Positions 12,400 to 23,692 of a DNA stretch of 64,000 nt are shown piece after piece. The notes under the pieces were generated by a model. It saw only the letters and a list, made by a program, of their open reading frames with translations. It did not search any database and was not told the origin of the DNA. Numbering within the stretch: position 1 is the stretch's first letter; every line of letters begins with the position of its first letter. The DNA comes from Pelagibacterales bacterium SAG-MED05 (GTDB lineage Bacteria > Pseudomonadota > Alphaproteobacteria > Pelagibacterales > Pelagibacteraceae), in assembly GCA_014654415.1 (NCBI GenBank), contig JACWDC010000002.1:71841-135840 (forward strand). The letters are read 5' to 3'. The translations under genes and the position numbers were made by a program.

Positions 12400-13281
12400 A
12401 TGAATATCTACGATTGCTTCATGTATTTTGATGAAGACATGCTACTTGATCTCAGGCTTAATATTCTTAATAAATATGTCAAAAAATTTGTTATTACAGA
12501 GTCAACATATCTTCATAGTGGGAATAAGAAAAAATTAAATTTTGATATTAAAAACTTTACTCAATTCAAAGATAAAATTGAATATATTGTAGTTGATGAA
12601 CCTCCTAAAGGTATAGAAAAAATTAAAGATGAAGATAGTATCGAAGTTAAAAATAAAAAAATATTAGATAATTCTTTAAAAAGGGAAAACAACCAAAGAA
12701 ATCTACAAGCTAAAGGATTAAAAAAAGCTAATGATAATGATTTAGTGCTTTTAAGCGATTTAGATGAAATTCCTAATCTTGTAAACTTCAAGTATAAAAA
12801 TAAAATTACATTATTTATACAAAATGTTTTTTATTACAAATTTAATCTAATTCAACCAGACTATAAATGGATGGGCACTCGCGCTTGTAAAAAGACACAT
12901 TTGATTAAACCGCAGTGGTTGAGAAATATTAAAGGCAAATCTTATCCTATTTGGAGACTTGATACGATATTTTCAAGAAAAAAATATATGAATGTAAATT
13001 TTGTAAATGATGGTGGATGGCACTTTACATCAATAAAAAAACCTAAAGATATACATTATAAATTATCAAACTTTATGCATCATTTAGAATATGAGGAAAG
13101 TGGTTTAAATATTTCTGATATGGAAAGAATGGTAAAAGAAAAAAAAATTTTGTATGACCATAAAACTGATCAAAAAAAAGAAAAATATACTGGGAATCAA
13201 AAATTGAAAAAAATTTCTAATAAGATTTTACCAGATTATATTCTCTCTAATTTAGATAAATATAAAGAGTGGTTAGATTAG
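12400..13281 (+). CDS. Glycosyltransferase family 17-like (GnT-III-like) protein
   Basis: IYDCFMYFDE..LLDLRL, FVITES, SDLDEIP (DxD), GGWHF motifs. Confidence 0.75.
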   Translation: MNIYDCFMYFDEDMLLDLRLNILNKYVKKFVITESTYLHSGNKKKLNFDIKNFTQFKDKIEYIVVDEPPKGIEKIKDEDSIEVKNKKILDNSLKRENNQRNLQAKGLKKANDNDLVLLSDLDEIPNLVNFKYKNKITLFIQNVFYYKFNLIQPDYKWMGTRACKKTHLIKPQWLRNIKGKSYPIWRLDTIFSRKKYMNVNFVNDGGWHFTSIKKPKDIHYKLSNFMHHLEYEESGLNISDMERMVKEKKILYDHKTDQKKEKYTGNQKLKKISNKILPDYILSNLDKYKEWLD

Positions 13282-13285
13282 ATGT

Positions 13286-15670
13286 TTAGTGTGTACTTAA
13301 CTCTTCTTTTTTAGATTTTTCGTTTTTTGAAATTTGATCAACTTCAACCCACTCGACTCTTTTTAAAGGTTTGATCAATGCAATTTTTAAGACTTCATCT
13401 ACATTTTTTACAGGAATGATTTCCATTGTCTCTAATATGGTTTTTGGAACTTCAACTAAATCTTTTTTATTTTCCATAGGAATTATGACTTTTTTAATTC
13501 CTGCTCTATGAGCAGCTAATAATTTTTCTTTCAAACCTCCGATAGGCAGAACAATTCCTCTTAAAGTAATTTCACCAGTCATTGCAACTTTTTTATCGAC
13601 TGGTATTTCTGTAATGGCTGAAATTATAGAAGTTACCATTCCTATTCCAGCTGAAGGACCATCTTTAGGAGTTGCTCCTTCAGGAACGTGGATATGAAAA
13701 TCTTTTTTATCAAATACAGGAGGTATAATTCCATATTCCAAACTTTTAGATCTAATGTATGATTTAGCTGCTTTAACAGATTCTTGCATAACATCGCCTA
13801 ATTTTCCTGTAATTTGCATCTTACCTTTACCTGGCATTATTGCAGACTCAATTTTTAGAATTTCTCCTCCAACCTCTGTCCAGGCTAGTCCCGTAACGAC
13901 TCCTATTCTATTTTCTTCTTCAATTTCACCATAATTAAATTTTTGAACTCCCAACAAGTCTTGCATATCTTTTTCTTTAATAGGATTGTTTATTTTCTCA
14001 TCATTATCAATTTTTTTGACTAGTTTTCTTGCAATTTTTGATATCTCTCTTTCTAGGTTTCTGACGCCAGACTCTCTAGTATAGTCTCTTATAATTTTTC
14101 GATTAACTTTTTCATCTATGTTCCATTCTTCTTTCTTTAAACCATTGTTTTCACTTTGTTTTGGAATTAAAAATTTTTGGGATATTTTTAGTTTTTCATC
14201 TTCTGTGTACCCAGATAGTCTAATTACTTCCATTCTATCAAGTAATGGTGGTAAAATATTTAATGTGTTTGCCGTTGTTACAAACATGACATCTGATAAG
14301 TCATAATCTACTTCAAGGTAATGGTCGTTAAATTCTTTGTTTTGTTCTGGGTCAAGTGCCTCTAATAATGCTGAAGAAGGATCTCCTCTATAATCATTTC
14401 CAACTTTATCAATTTCATCTAATAAAAAGAGAGGATTTTTAGTACCCGCTTTTTTCATCATTTGTATAATTTTTCCAGGTAAAGAACCTATATAGGTTCT
14501 TCTGTGTCCTCTGATTTCTGCTTCATCTCTAATTCCTCCAAGTGAAATTCTAATAAATTTTCTATTAGTAGCTTTTGCTATTGATTTGCCTAACGATGTT
14601 TTTCCAACACCTGGTGGACCTACTAAACATAAAATAGGACCTTTCATTTTTTGAATTCTTTTTTGGACAGCCAAAAATTCAATTATTCTTTCTTTGACTT
14701 TTTCTAAACCATAATGATCCTCGTCTAATATTTTTTGCGCATTTTTTAAATCTGTATTTATTTTTGACTTATTAGACCAAGGCAATTCTGTCATCCAATC
14801 TAAGTAATTTCTAACCACTGTGGCTTCGGCTGACATTGGGCTCATAGATTTTAATTTCTTTAATTCGGACAAACACTTTTCTTTGGCTAATTTTGGCATT
14901 TTGGCATTAGCAATAGCTTTTGAAATATTTGTTAGCTCATCCTTGCCTTCATCAATTTCTCCAAGCTCTTTTTGAATAGCTTTTAACTGTTCATTTAAAT
15001 AATATTCACGTTGTGTCTTCTCCATCTGGTTTTTAACTCTACCTCTGATTTTTTTCTCTACCGATACAACACTTGTTTCTTTTTCGATTAAAGAGTGAAT
15101 TTTTTCTAATCTCTTTTTTAAATCAATGATTTCTAACAATTCTTGCTTTTCAAAGATTTGAATACCAAGTTCTGAAGATAGATTGTTAGCTATTTGAGAA
15201 GGATTTTTTAAATTTTTTAATCCTTCATTATTAAAATCTTTTTTGTTTAAAATTGACAATTTTTCGTATTTTTTTATCAAACTTAAAGAGAAAAGCTCTA
15301 GATCTTTTGAGATGTTTGTGTCCTCTGCAATTTCTACTTCACATTTTAAAAATTTTTCACTTTCATTGTCATTATATTTTAAAATTTTTACTCTTTTCTC
15401 ACCCTCCACTAATACCTTTACTGTTCCGTCAGGTAATTTCAAAAGTTGAAGAACCTTACTTAAACAACCATATGAATAAAGATCTTTAGACTCAGGATCG
15501 TCAATTTCAGAGTTTTTTTGAGTAACTAAAACTATAGATTTGTCTGATTTCATTACTTCTTGTAAAGCCCTAATTGACTTTTCTCTTCCAACAAATAATG
15601 GGATCACCATTGAGGGAAAAATTACAATATCTCGTAATGGTAAAAGAGGTTTAATATAAGTTGCATTCAT
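13286..15670 (-). CDS. lon: ATP-dependent protease La
   Basis: LPLRD N-domain, GPPGVGKTS Walker A, PKDGPSAG catalytic Ser. Confidence 0.98.
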   Translation of the reverse strand: MNATYIKPLLPLRDIVIFPSMVIPLFVGREKSIRALQEVMKSDKSIVLVTQKNSEIDDPESKDLYSYGCLSKVLQLLKLPDGTVKVLVEGEKRVKILKYNDNESEKFLKCEVEIAEDTNISKDLELFSLSLIKKYEKLSILNKKDFNNEGLKNLKNPSQIANNLSSELGIQIFEKQELLEIIDLKKRLEKIHSLIEKETSVVSVEKKIRGRVKNQMEKTQREYYLNEQLKAIQKELGEIDEGKDELTNISKAIANAKMPKLAKEKCLSELKKLKSMSPMSAEATVVRNYLDWMTELPWSNKSKINTDLKNAQKILDEDHYGLEKVKERIIEFLAVQKRIQKMKGPILCLVGPPGVGKTSLGKSIAKATNRKFIRISLGGIRDEAEIRGHRRTYIGSLPGKIIQMMKKAGTKNPLFLLDEIDKVGNDYRGDPSSALLEALDPEQNKEFNDHYLEVDYDLSDVMFVTTANTLNILPPLLDRMEVIRLSGYTEDEKLKISQKFLIPKQSENNGLKKEEWNIDEKVNRKIIRDYTRESGVRNLEREISKIARKLVKKIDNDEKINNPIKEKDMQDLLGVQKFNYGEIEEENRIGVVTGLAWTEVGGEILKIESAIMPGKGKMQITGKLGDVMQESVKAAKSYIRSKSLEYGIIPPVFDKKDFHIHVPEGATPKDGPSAGIGMVTSIISAITEIPVDKKVAMTGEITLRGIVLPIGGLKEKLLAAHRAGIKKVIIPMENKKDLVEVPKTILETMEIIPVKNVDEVLKIALIKPLKRVEWVEVDQISKNEKSKKEELSTH

Positions 15671-15679
15671 AATTTGTTT

Positions 15680-15707
15680 ATATGGTAATTAATATACTGA
15701 TTTCAAG
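15680..15707 (-). promoter_or_regulatory. Putative RpoH (sigma32) promoter for lon
   Basis: Minus strand CTTGAA-N16-CCATAT just upstream of the lon ATG, matching the heat-shock promoter consensus; lon is a classic RpoH target. Confidence 0.6.
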
Positions 15708-15721
15708 AAACAAATCAAAAA

Positions 15722-16975
15722 TTACGCAACAGATGTTGATTGTTTTTTGCCGTATGTGACGATAGGTTCAGAAGTGCCTCTAACTGATGATTTATCAATA
15801 GTAACTTTAGCAACATCTTCCATGTCTGGCAATTCAAACATTGTTTTTAAAAGAATATTTTCTAATATTGACCTTAAGCCTCTGGCCCCAGTTTTTTTAG
15901 AAATAGCTTTTTTTGCTATTTCTGATATGGCGTCATCTTGAAAACTGAGCTCGACATTTTCAAATTCAAATAATCTTTGATACTGTTTTATTAATGAATT
16001 TTTTGGTTCATTAAGAATTCTTACTAATGATTTTTCATCTAAATCATCAAGAGTAGCTATAATTGGCATCCTGCCAATAAATTCAGGAATTAATCCGTAT
16101 TTAATTAAGTCTTCTGGTTCTAACTGTTTCATAATCTCTGAAAGTAATTTTTCTTTATAACTTTTAACTTTAGCGCCAAAACCAATAGAGCTTCCTTTTC
16201 CTCTTCGATCAATTAATTTATCAAGTCCTGCAAATGCGCCACCGCAAATAAATAATATATTTGTTGTATCAACTTGTAAAAATTCTTGTTGAGGATGTTT
16301 TCTTCCTCCTTGAGGTGGAACGCTAGCAACCGTTCCTTCCATAATTTTTAATAAAGCTTGTTGTACGCCTTCACCAGAAACATCTCTAGTAATTGAAGGA
16401 TTCTCTGCCTTTCTACTAATTTTATCTACCTCATCAATGTAAACAATTCCTCTTTGTGCTTTTTCAACATTATAATCTGCCGCCTGTAATAATTTTAAAA
16501 TAATATTTTCAACATCTTCTCCAACATAGCCAGCTTCTGTTAATGTTGTTGCATCAGCCATTGTAAACGGCACGTCTAAGATTCTTGCAAGAGTTTGGGC
16601 TAATAATGTTTTACCACAACCAGTTGGTCCGACTAAAAGAATATTTGATTTTGATAATTCTATATCTTTGTTATTTTTAGTTTCATGATTTAGTCTTTTA
16701 TAATGATTGTGTACAGCAACAGATAAAATTTCTTTGGCTAACTTTTGCCCAATAACATAATCATCTAGAACACTGCAAATCTCCTTTGGTGTTGGAACTC
16801 CATCTTGATGTTTAACTAGAGAGCTTTTGTTCTCCTCTTTAATAATATCCATACAAAGTTCAACACACTCATCACATATGAAAACAGTTGGACCTGCAAT
16901 AAGTTTTCTAACTTCGTGTTGACTCTTTCCACAGAAAGAACAGTAAAGGATATTTTTATTATTTTTTTCACTCAT
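15722..16975 (-). CDS. clpX: ATP-dependent Clp protease ATP-binding subunit ClpX
   Basis: CSFCGK..CDEC zinc domain, [21 protein letters not shown] loop. Confidence 0.98.
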   Translation of the reverse strand: MSEKNNKNILYCSFCGKSQHEVRKLIAGPTVFICDECVELCMDIIKEENKSSLVKHQDGVPTPKEICSVLDDYVIGQKLAKEILSVAVHNHYKRLNHETKNNKDIELSKSNILLVGPTGCGKTLLAQTLARILDVPFTMADATTLTEAGYVGEDVENIILKLLQAADYNVEKAQRGIVYIDEVDKISRKAENPSITRDVSGEGVQQALLKIMEGTVASVPPQGGRKHPQQEFLQVDTTNILFICGGAFAGLDKLIDRRGKGSSIGFGAKVKSYKEKLLSEIMKQLEPEDLIKYGLIPEFIGRMPIIATLDDLDEKSLVRILNEPKNSLIKQYQRLFEFENVELSFQDDAISEIAKKAISKKTGARGLRSILENILLKTMFELPDMEDVAKVTIDKSSVRGTSEPIVTYGKKQSTSVA

Positions 16976-17054
16976 AACGAATCAATAAACTTATAATAAA
17001 TGTCTCGAATATTCTTATCAAGCTGAAGTTGTAAAGAAAACTATATATTGTGCT

Positions 17055-17666
17055 TTATTTTCTCTTTTCCACAACAGAGTCAATTAAACCAAATTTCTTA
17101 GCATCATCTGCTGTCATAAAATTATCTCGCTCTAAAGCTTTCGCAATTTCATCAACTGATTTACCAGTGTGTTTAGAGTATATTTTGTTCAGTCTTTCTT
17201 TTAAAGAAAGAATCTCTTTAGCATGAATTTGTATATCTGTAGCCTGACCTTGAAATCCAGCAGATGGCTGATGCACCATAATTCTTGAATTTGGTAATGA
17301 ATATCTTTTGCCTTTCTCTCCTGCTGCTAGCAAAAAGGACCCCATTGAAGAAGCTTGTCCAATACATAGAGTAGAAACAGGTGAATTAATGTATTGCATA
17401 GTATCGTAGATTCCTAGACCAGCAGTAACAAGTCCTCCTGGGCTATTAATATAAAAGCTTATTTCTTTATTAGGATTTTCTGACTCTAAAAATAAAAGTT
17501 GGGCTGTTACTAATGATGCAACATTATCATTAACTGGTCCTACTAAAAAAACTATTCTTTCCTTTAAAAGTCTTGAATAAATATCATATGCTCTTTCTCC
17601 CTTGCTTGTCTGTTCAACAACCATAGGGATAAGGTTATTCATTTGCTCTTCGAAATTGCGACTCAT
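17055..17666 (-). CDS. clpP: ATP-dependent Clp protease proteolytic subunit
   Basis: [34 protein letters not shown]. Confidence 0.98.
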   Translation of the reverse strand: MSRNFEEQMNNLIPMVVEQTSKGERAYDIYSRLLKERIVFLVGPVNDNVASLVTAQLLFLESENPNKEISFYINSPGGLVTAGLGIYDTMQYINSPVSTLCIGQASSMGSFLLAAGEKGKRYSLPNSRIMVHQPSAGFQGQATDIQIHAKEILSLKERLNKIYSKHTGKSVDEIAKALERDNFMTADDAKKFGLIDSVVEKRK

Positions 17667-17689
17667 AGGTGGACTTATACAACTATTGG

Positions 17690-19063
17690 TTACTTTTTAC
17701 TAATTTTTTTTGATTTTACTTTATTTTTATCAGGAGATTGAGTTTTTTTAGTAATTGCTTGATCTAGATTTGGTTTATTAAATTTAAATATAATTTGCTC
17801 AGCCTCTTTTGAATTAATATTTTTAATTTCAAGTTTAATTTTTGATTTAATTAAAGTAATAATTTTTTCTTCATAAATTGAACCTTTTAAACTTTGAGAT
17901 GCGCTAGGATTTTTTTGATAATAATCAAGTACCATTTTTTCTTGTCCGGGCATTCCTTTTATCTGTTTTTGAATTTCAGCTTTCACATCTTCATCAGAAA
18001 CTTTTAAATTATTTTTTTCTCCATATTCATTAAGAAGTAAACCCAATTTAATTCTAGATTTAGCAATCTTTTCGTTATTAGTTTTGTGTTTTTCTCTTTC
18101 TTCATCTTTTAAACTTTGTGTCATTATTAAAATTTCTTGGTCTATTAAATTTTTAGGAAGATCAAATTCGTGATTTTTTTCTATTTGATCTAATATTTCT
18201 TTTTTTGTGATTGAATTTAGCGCTTGAGAATATTGGCTAGAAATTTGATTTTCAATTAATTTTTTTAAATCATTTAAATCTTTTGCGCCCATGATTTTTG
18301 CAAAGTTATCATCAATTTTATTTTCTTTAGCCTGTTTAACATTCAAAATTTTACATTCAAATTTTGTTTTTTTGTTTGCTAATTCTTTTTTGGGATGATT
18401 AGCAGGCAATACTGCATCTAAATTTTTTACATCATTTTTTTTAACACCAACCAATTGTTCGTCAAAGCCTTTTAAAAATAAGTCCTTTCCAAGTTCTAAT
18501 TGAACGCCTTTGCCTTCGCTTCCTTCAAATTTATTTTCATTAACTGTAGCAGAATAATCAAATACAACTTGATCGCCAATTTTTGCTTTTTCATTATCCT
18601 TTTTATCTTCAAATTGCTTATTTTGATGGGATATTTCTTTTAACTTTTCATTAATCATTTTGTCTTCAATTTTAATTTTGTATTCTATGGCTTTATATTT
18701 ATCAAAAGATTTGAGTTTAATATCTGGCAATGAGTCTACTTGTAATTCATAATTTAAATCTTTGCCTTCTCCAAAAGTTTTTAAATCTATCTTTGGTTGG
18801 CCTGCAGCTTTTATTTTTTTTTCTTCAATAGCTTTTGTGGAAGTTTCTCTTAAAATCTTATCTATGACTTCTCCATAAATAGATTTTCCAAACTGACTTT
18901 TTATTACTGAAGTAGGAACTTTGCCTGCTCTAAACCCTTTTAATGAAACTTCTTTTTTTAATTCATTAAGTCTTTCATCCATCTTATTTTGGATTATTTT
19001 TTTATCAACTATTACTGATAAAATTGTTCTAAGACCTTTTTTTGATTGTATTTCTACTTTCAT
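17690..19063 (-). CDS. tig: Trigger factor
   Basis: GFRAGKVP ribosome-binding signature; FKBP-like middle domain; tig-clpP-clpX-lon synteny. Confidence 0.95.
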   Translation of the reverse strand: MKVEIQSKKGLRTILSVIVDKKIIQNKMDERLNELKKEVSLKGFRAGKVPTSVIKSQFGKSIYGEVIDKILRETSTKAIEEKKIKAAGQPKIDLKTFGEGKDLNYELQVDSLPDIKLKSFDKYKAIEYKIKIEDKMINEKLKEISHQNKQFEDKKDNEKAKIGDQVVFDYSATVNENKFEGSEGKGVQLELGKDLFLKGFDEQLVGVKKNDVKNLDAVLPANHPKKELANKKTKFECKILNVKQAKENKIDDNFAKIMGAKDLNDLKKLIENQISSQYSQALNSITKKEILDQIEKNHEFDLPKNLIDQEILIMTQSLKDEEREKHKTNNEKIAKSRIKLGLLLNEYGEKNNLKVSDEDVKAEIQKQIKGMPGQEKMVLDYYQKNPSASQSLKGSIYEEKIITLIKSKIKLEIKNINSKEAEQIIFKFNKPNLDQAITKKTQSPDKNKVKSKKISKK

Positions 19064-19073
19064 ATATCTATTT

Positions 19074-19158
19074 TGGTGGGCAAGAAGAGACTCGAACTCT
19101 TAAGCCTTGCGGCACTGGTTTCTAAGACCAGCGCGTATACCAATTCCGCCACTTGCCC
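19074..19158 (-). tRNA. tRNA-Leu(TAG)
   Basis: Reverse complement GGGCAAGTGGCGGAATTGGTATACGCG CTGGT-CTTAGAA-ACCAG, long variable arm, GTTCGAGTC, ends CCA; 85 nt. Confidence 0.96.
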
Positions 19159-19253
19159 ATTAATATTTTTCAATTTATTTCATATAATTAATAAATTACA
19201 ATAATATTCGACATAAATTTTTTTAATTTTATGAAAATGTGTATTTATACATT

Positions 19254-21086
19254 ATGAATAAAATATCTTTAAATAACATTTTAATTATCTCGTTTGTAAT
19301 ATTATCTATAATAATAGCTACAATTATATGGCCGATTTTAAACTTAAATTTTTCCAATTTTACTCAATCAACTGGTGCTATTACTAATCAAGGTTATTCG
19401 ACTGATTCTGATACTATAAGATATATCGTATTTATATCACTACCTCTTATCACACTTCTAATAAGTCTTATCTATTTTGAAAAAACAAATTTAAGAAAAT
19501 TTAATGAATTAATCAAATTTCCAGAAGATTCGATTAAGATAAATATAAAAATATTTTTTTTTTTTATACTCTTTTTATTTTTTTTAATTATCGAATTTTT
19601 TTCTCTTCAATTACCATCTCATCAAATTGATACTTTTCACGACGGAGAGCTTTTTTCAGTTACCAAGAATGCTATATTGAAGAAAAGCTTTTTTATAGAT
19701 ACTTACACTATTCATGGGTTTTCTGATATTTTCTACCCTTTTCTGTTTTGGAAAATTTTTAGTCAAGAAAGTGTTGGGGCTGGAAGATTATTTTTTTTCT
19801 TTTTAATTTTTTTACTTAAAATTTTTACTATTGCACTAAGCTATCAATTAACAAAGTTTTCATCAGTAAAGAATAAAGAAATATTCTTTATAATTTTATC
19901 ATTAATTTTAATATCTCTAAGTGAATATAGAGTTCCAATGAATTTTTCTTATTTTTCTTATAGAGATATATTTATAATTTTATTTTTAATTTTTTTCTCA
20001 AAGATCTATTTAATGAATGGGTCAAATACTATTTCAAATATTTTTATAGGTGTTATTCCCTCAATAGCATTATTGATGCACATTGATACTGGAACATTTT
20101 TATACGTGTTACTTATCTTGCATATTTTCTTTTTAGTAATTAATAAAAAACTTAACGAAATTTTAATTATTTTACTTTCTATTTTTATTACTTGGTCATT
20201 TTTACTTTTTATTCTTGGCTACAATGAAATAATTAATTTCTTACAAAATGCAATTACAATAATACTGTCAATGGATTACTTACATGGTATAGCATATCCG
20301 GATCCGTTCACTTCTATATTCGATAACAAAAATGGCATGAGAGCTACAAGAGGTTTACTATTACAAGTTACAGCAGGATTATTTGTTGTTTACCATTTTC
20401 TAATAAATTCAAAAAATTATTCTAAAAATTCAAAAATTTTTTTCATATTTTTATTTTTTTTAAGTTTTATAATGTATAAAAATGCTTTGGGTAGATCAGA
20501 CTCTTACCACATTAGAATGTCAAATGATCTGCCGATACTTATCAATGTTTTTTTCTTATTAAACTTCTTTTTAAAATTTTTCGAAGAAAAAATAAAACTT
20601 CAATTAAATCATGTGGTAGCTATATGTTTTGCTGTCTTATCATTTACATTAACTTATATACAAAAAGTTGACTTTAAAAATTTAACTTCTATAAAAAATA
20701 ATTATAGTAAACTTATATCTCTTCCTGACAAGCATTTTGTAGATCGTGATAAATACAATTTTATAATGGACTATAAAATTTTAACAAAAAATGATAAATG
20801 TTTTCAAAATTTTACAGATGATTTAATTCTTCTTTATTTATTGAATAAGCCTAGCTGCTCAAAATTTGTTGCTAGTTGGTTAGCTAGCCCTACATCCTTA
20901 CAAAAAGAATATATTGCAGCAATTAAAAAAATGAAACCAACTTATATTCTTTACGAGTCTAACTATTTCAAAGTAGATGATATTTCAATGTCAAAAAGAT
21001 TAACTGAGGTGAATGCCTATATCCTAAATAATTATGAAATATTTAAGGTAACAAAAAATTTTAAAATTTTAAAAATTTTGAATTAA
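19254..21086 (+). CDS. Polytopic membrane protein, putative GT-C-fold glycosyltransferase
   Basis: Many hydrophobic segments; acidic loop motif DTFHDGE after the early helices; soluble C-terminal domain; converges on a glycosylation operon; alternative GTG start at 19239. Confidence 0.5.
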   Translation: MNKISLNNILIISFVILSIIIATIIWPILNLNFSNFTQSTGAITNQGYSTDSDTIRYIVFISLPLITLLISLIYFEKTNLRKFNELIKFPEDSIKINIKIFFFFILFLFFLIIEFFSLQLPSHQIDTFHDGELFSVTKNAILKKSFFIDTYTIHGFSDIFYPFLFWKIFSQESVGAGRLFFFFLIFLLKIFTIALSYQLTKFSSVKNKEIFFIILSLILISLSEYRVPMNFSYFSYRDIFIILFLIFFSKIYLMNGSNTISNIFIGVIPSIALLMHIDTGTFLYVLLILHIFFLVINKKLNEILIILLSIFITWSFLLFILGYNEIINFLQNAITIILSMDYLHGIAYPDPFTSIFDNKNGMRATRGLLLQVTAGLFVVYHFLINSKNYSKNSKIFFIFLFFLSFIMYKNALGRSDSYHIRMSNDLPILINVFFLLNFFLKFFEEKIKLQLNHVVAICFAVLSFTLTYIQKVDFKNLTSIKNNYSKLISLPDKHFVDRDKYNFIMDYKILTKNDKCFQNFTDDLILLYLLNKPSCSKFVASWLASPTSLQKEYIAAIKKMKPTYILYESNYFKVDDISMSKRLTEVNAYILNNYEIFKVTKNFKILKILN

Positions 21087-21668
21087 ATCATTCCAGACTT
21101 TTGCGTATTTAAGATTCGTCATGACACAATTAGGTAAATAATTCAATTTTCTTAATTTTTTAAAATAAATTTTAATATCTGAAGGTCTCCCCCATCTTTC
21201 TGGACAAACAAGACATGTTTTAAATTTTATTAATTTTTTAACAGTATTTTTATTAACTGGTAGATTTTTAAAAGTATCAATCCAAATCCATCCTACATTA
21301 TTTTTAAAATGTGCAATTGTATTAATTGACTCAAATTCAGAAAATCTAATCGACATATATTGATTAATTTTTTTTTTATTAACAGAAATAAATGGCATTT
21401 CAACGTCAAGTAAAAAGAAATTTTTTATATTATATTTTTTTGCTAATTTTATAACATCCATTTCTATTCCAGACTCTTTGACGTTTAAAATTAATGTGCC
21501 GTGGTTGTAATTCGATAAATAATCTTCAAGTTTTTCTCCTGGTTTAAATGGATCGTGATTTAAAACTATTTTTGATCCAAACGATCTTAAATCTATCTCT
21601 GCTCCAATTTTTTTAGGAAGTTTTTTTAACTTACTAACTTTATTAATTCTATGAGCAATTATTTCCAT
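21069..21668 (-). CDS. PI-PLC/GDPD-like TIM-barrel phosphodiesterase
   Basis: IIAHR, AEIDLR, LNHDP, LNVKE motifs typical of the PLC-like phosphodiesterase superfamily. Confidence 0.7.
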   Translation of the reverse strand: MEIIAHRINKVSKLKKLPKKIGAEIDLRSFGSKIVLNHDPFKPGEKLEDYLSNYNHGTLILNVKESGIEMDVIKLAKKYNIKNFFLLDVEMPFISVNKKKINQYMSIRFSEFESINTIAHFKNNVGWIWIDTFKNLPVNKNTVKKLIKFKTCLVCPERWGRPSDIKIYFKKLRKLNYLPNCVMTNLKYAKVWNDLIQNF

Positions 21669-22375
21669 TATAATATTTTTTTAAGATCAAACATAAATTT
21701 TATAGTTCTTAATGTTAGTTTCATTTTAAGTTTAAATGAACCTCCCCCTTTTGCTATTCCTGCATTTCTATCATACCAATTAACAGGGGACTCTATAATT
21801 TTAATATTATTTTTTGATGCAATTAGCAAAAAATAAATATCAAATGAGAAATCAGAAGGTGGATTATTTATAAATTTTAAAAAAGACCTTTTAAATATTT
21901 TAGGTTGTGCATTAATATCCTTTATCTTTTTCTTGAATAATAAAAAGGTCAACAAAGACATTCCAAAAGTAAAAAAATTATCAAATATACTTCTGTTTAT
22001 TCTTTTACCTTTAATAAATATTTCTTCTTTGGATAAAACATTTTTAAATCTCTTATAAATTTTAATTGAGTCTAAAGGATCAAATTGTAAATCTGCATGA
22101 AACCAACATATCACATCTCCTTTAGAAAAATTTATTCCTTGATTTAAACCGTCACCATAACCGATATTCTTTTTTATATTTAAAAGAGAAATTCTATTTT
22201 CTAAAAACAATTTATGACTCCTGATTATATTATTTGAGTTATCAGTTGATCCATTGTCAACCATTACTATCTCTATCTTTTCATCTGAAAATTCGTTTAT
22301 TAGTAAGTTTAGTTTTTCTAATAATTTTTTTAAGTTTTGTTCCTCGTTAAAACATGGAATAATTAAACTAATCAT
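21668..22375 (-). CDS. GT2 glycosyltransferase, polyprenol-phosphate (DPM synthase/GtrB-like) type
   Basis: SLIIPCFNEE, VDNGSTD, N.GYG, FHADLQ, R..G..K motifs; 235 aa. Confidence 0.85.
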   Translation of the reverse strand: MISLIIPCFNEEQNLKKLLEKLNLLINEFSDEKIEIVMVDNGSTDNSNNIIRSHKLFLENRISLLNIKKNIGYGDGLNQGINFSKGDVICWFHADLQFDPLDSIKIYKRFKNVLSKEEIFIKGKRINRSIFDNFFTFGMSLLTFLLFKKKIKDINAQPKIFKRSFLKFINNPPSDFSFDIYFLLIASKNNIKIIESPVNWYDRNAGIAKGGGSFKLKMKLTLRTIKFMFDLKKIL

Positions 22376-22376
22376 A

Positions 22377-23120
22377 TTAATTTTTATAATTTAAAAGCTC
22401 AGAATGAGAACCCCAACTGTGATATTTTTTTACTGCTAAATTGTTTAATTTGTATCCCATTCTTTGAGCAATAAATATTAAAGTATCCATATAGTACTCA
22501 TTTTTAATCTTTATTTTATTCTTAAACGTATATTCCAACAAATCTTTCATAATTTTTTTATTTTTAAATGCAAATGTTCCAATTAGAACTTTGCTATTTT
22601 TATTATTTTTAAAATTTTTTTTTAAAGATATTTTATATGTGTTATTGATTTTTTTAACCCAGCTAAAATCCCTGTGATTTTTAAAATGATAATTTGATCC
22701 CTTTGCTGTAAAAACCAAAAGATCATTTTCTTGAATTTTTTTCTTAAATAAACTTAAATTTATTTTAAAAGATAAATCACAAGAATGAACTATTATTACT
22801 TCATTTTCGTCTAGATATTTTAAAGACTTATATACAGTAGAGGCTTGACCTTCGGTTTTTTTATTTAAAAGTAGAAATTTTTTTTTTTTAATAAATCTAG
22901 TTAATTTTATAATATCTTTTTTTAAATTAATTTTTTCTCTAGCTATAAATATCCATTTAAAAGTTTTAGGAAAAGATTTAGATGCTTTAATGAACATTGG
23001 TACTTTATTAATAGTGATTAAAGGTTTGAAAGTTTTGTAGCCATGTTTCTTAAATCTTAATCCTTCTCCAGCCATTGGCATTATGCAAACATAATGTTTT
23101 TTTATATTTTTATTTTGCAT
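22377..23120 (-). CDS. Sugar-phosphate nucleotidyltransferase (RmlA/GalU-like NTP_transferase fold)
   Basis: IMPMAGEGLRF...KPLI, T.GQA.TV, SCD, EYY, WG motifs. Confidence 0.75.
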   Translation of the reverse strand: MQNKNIKKHYVCIMPMAGEGLRFKKHGYKTFKPLITINKVPMFIKASKSFPKTFKWIFIAREKINLKKDIIKLTRFIKKKKFLLLNKKTEGQASTVYKSLKYLDENEVIIVHSCDLSFKINLSLFKKKIQENDLLVFTAKGSNYHFKNHRDFSWVKKINNTYKISLKKNFKNNKNSKVLIGTFAFKNKKIMKDLLEYTFKNKIKIKNEYYMDTLIFIAQRMGYKLNNLAVKKYHSWGSHSELLNYKN

Positions 23121-23692
23121 ATAAATTTGTGTTTATTTGTTTTAATTTGATAAAGATAGATATATTTCAAAGTTTGATTTTTACTTATTGAAATTTTTTT
23201 GAAATCTTGAATGAATTTAAACTGATCTTTATTTAATGATATCGATGCAATTGTGAAATGAGGTTTCCAGTTTAAATTTATAAAAGGGTATCCAAAGGAT
23301 CTATAATTTTTATTCATTATTTTGTTACCAAATCTTAATTCTTTTTTATAAGAATATTTACTAAAAGTTTTCAAAACGGATTTTTGTAGTTTTTTTAAAA
23401 AGTTATTCTTTTTTATTTTTAAGAAATAGGTATTTTTTTTTGTTATTGGGTCATTATAAAAGATATCCGTCTTCTCAAGGATAAATGCTTTGCTTTTCGA
23501 GATCGATATATATTTTTTTTTTTTTATTTCATTTAAATTTTTTTTCTTCGTATTGAATACATATATTGAACAATGAGGCAGATGATTTAAATATGTTTGA
23601 TTACCAAATTTTTTTTTTACTATTTTTTTTAATTTTTGTATAATTCCTTTGGTTGTGTAATTAGGAAGAATAAATAAACCAATTTTAATCAT
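23102..23692 (-). CDS. 2H phosphoesterase (LigT/2',5'-RNA-ligase-like superfamily)
   Basis: Two HxS/T motifs (PHCSI, PHFTI) about 100 aa apart. Confidence 0.65.
   Translation of the reverse strand: MIKIGLFILPNYTTKGIIQKLKKIVKKKFGNQTYLNHLPHCSIYVFNTKKKNLNEIKKKKYISISKSKAFILEKTDIFYNDPITKKNTYFLKIKKNNFLKKLQKSVLKTFSKYSYKKELRFGNKIMNKNYRSFGYPFINLNWKPHFTIASISLNKDQFKFIQDFKKISISKNQTLKYIYLYQIKTNKHKFICKIKI

Noticed and set aside
19074-19240. tRNA-Leu as a prophage or integrative-element attachment site
   Set aside because: No integrase, phage gene or duplicated tRNA 3' end was seen, and the island lies on the tRNA's 5' side.
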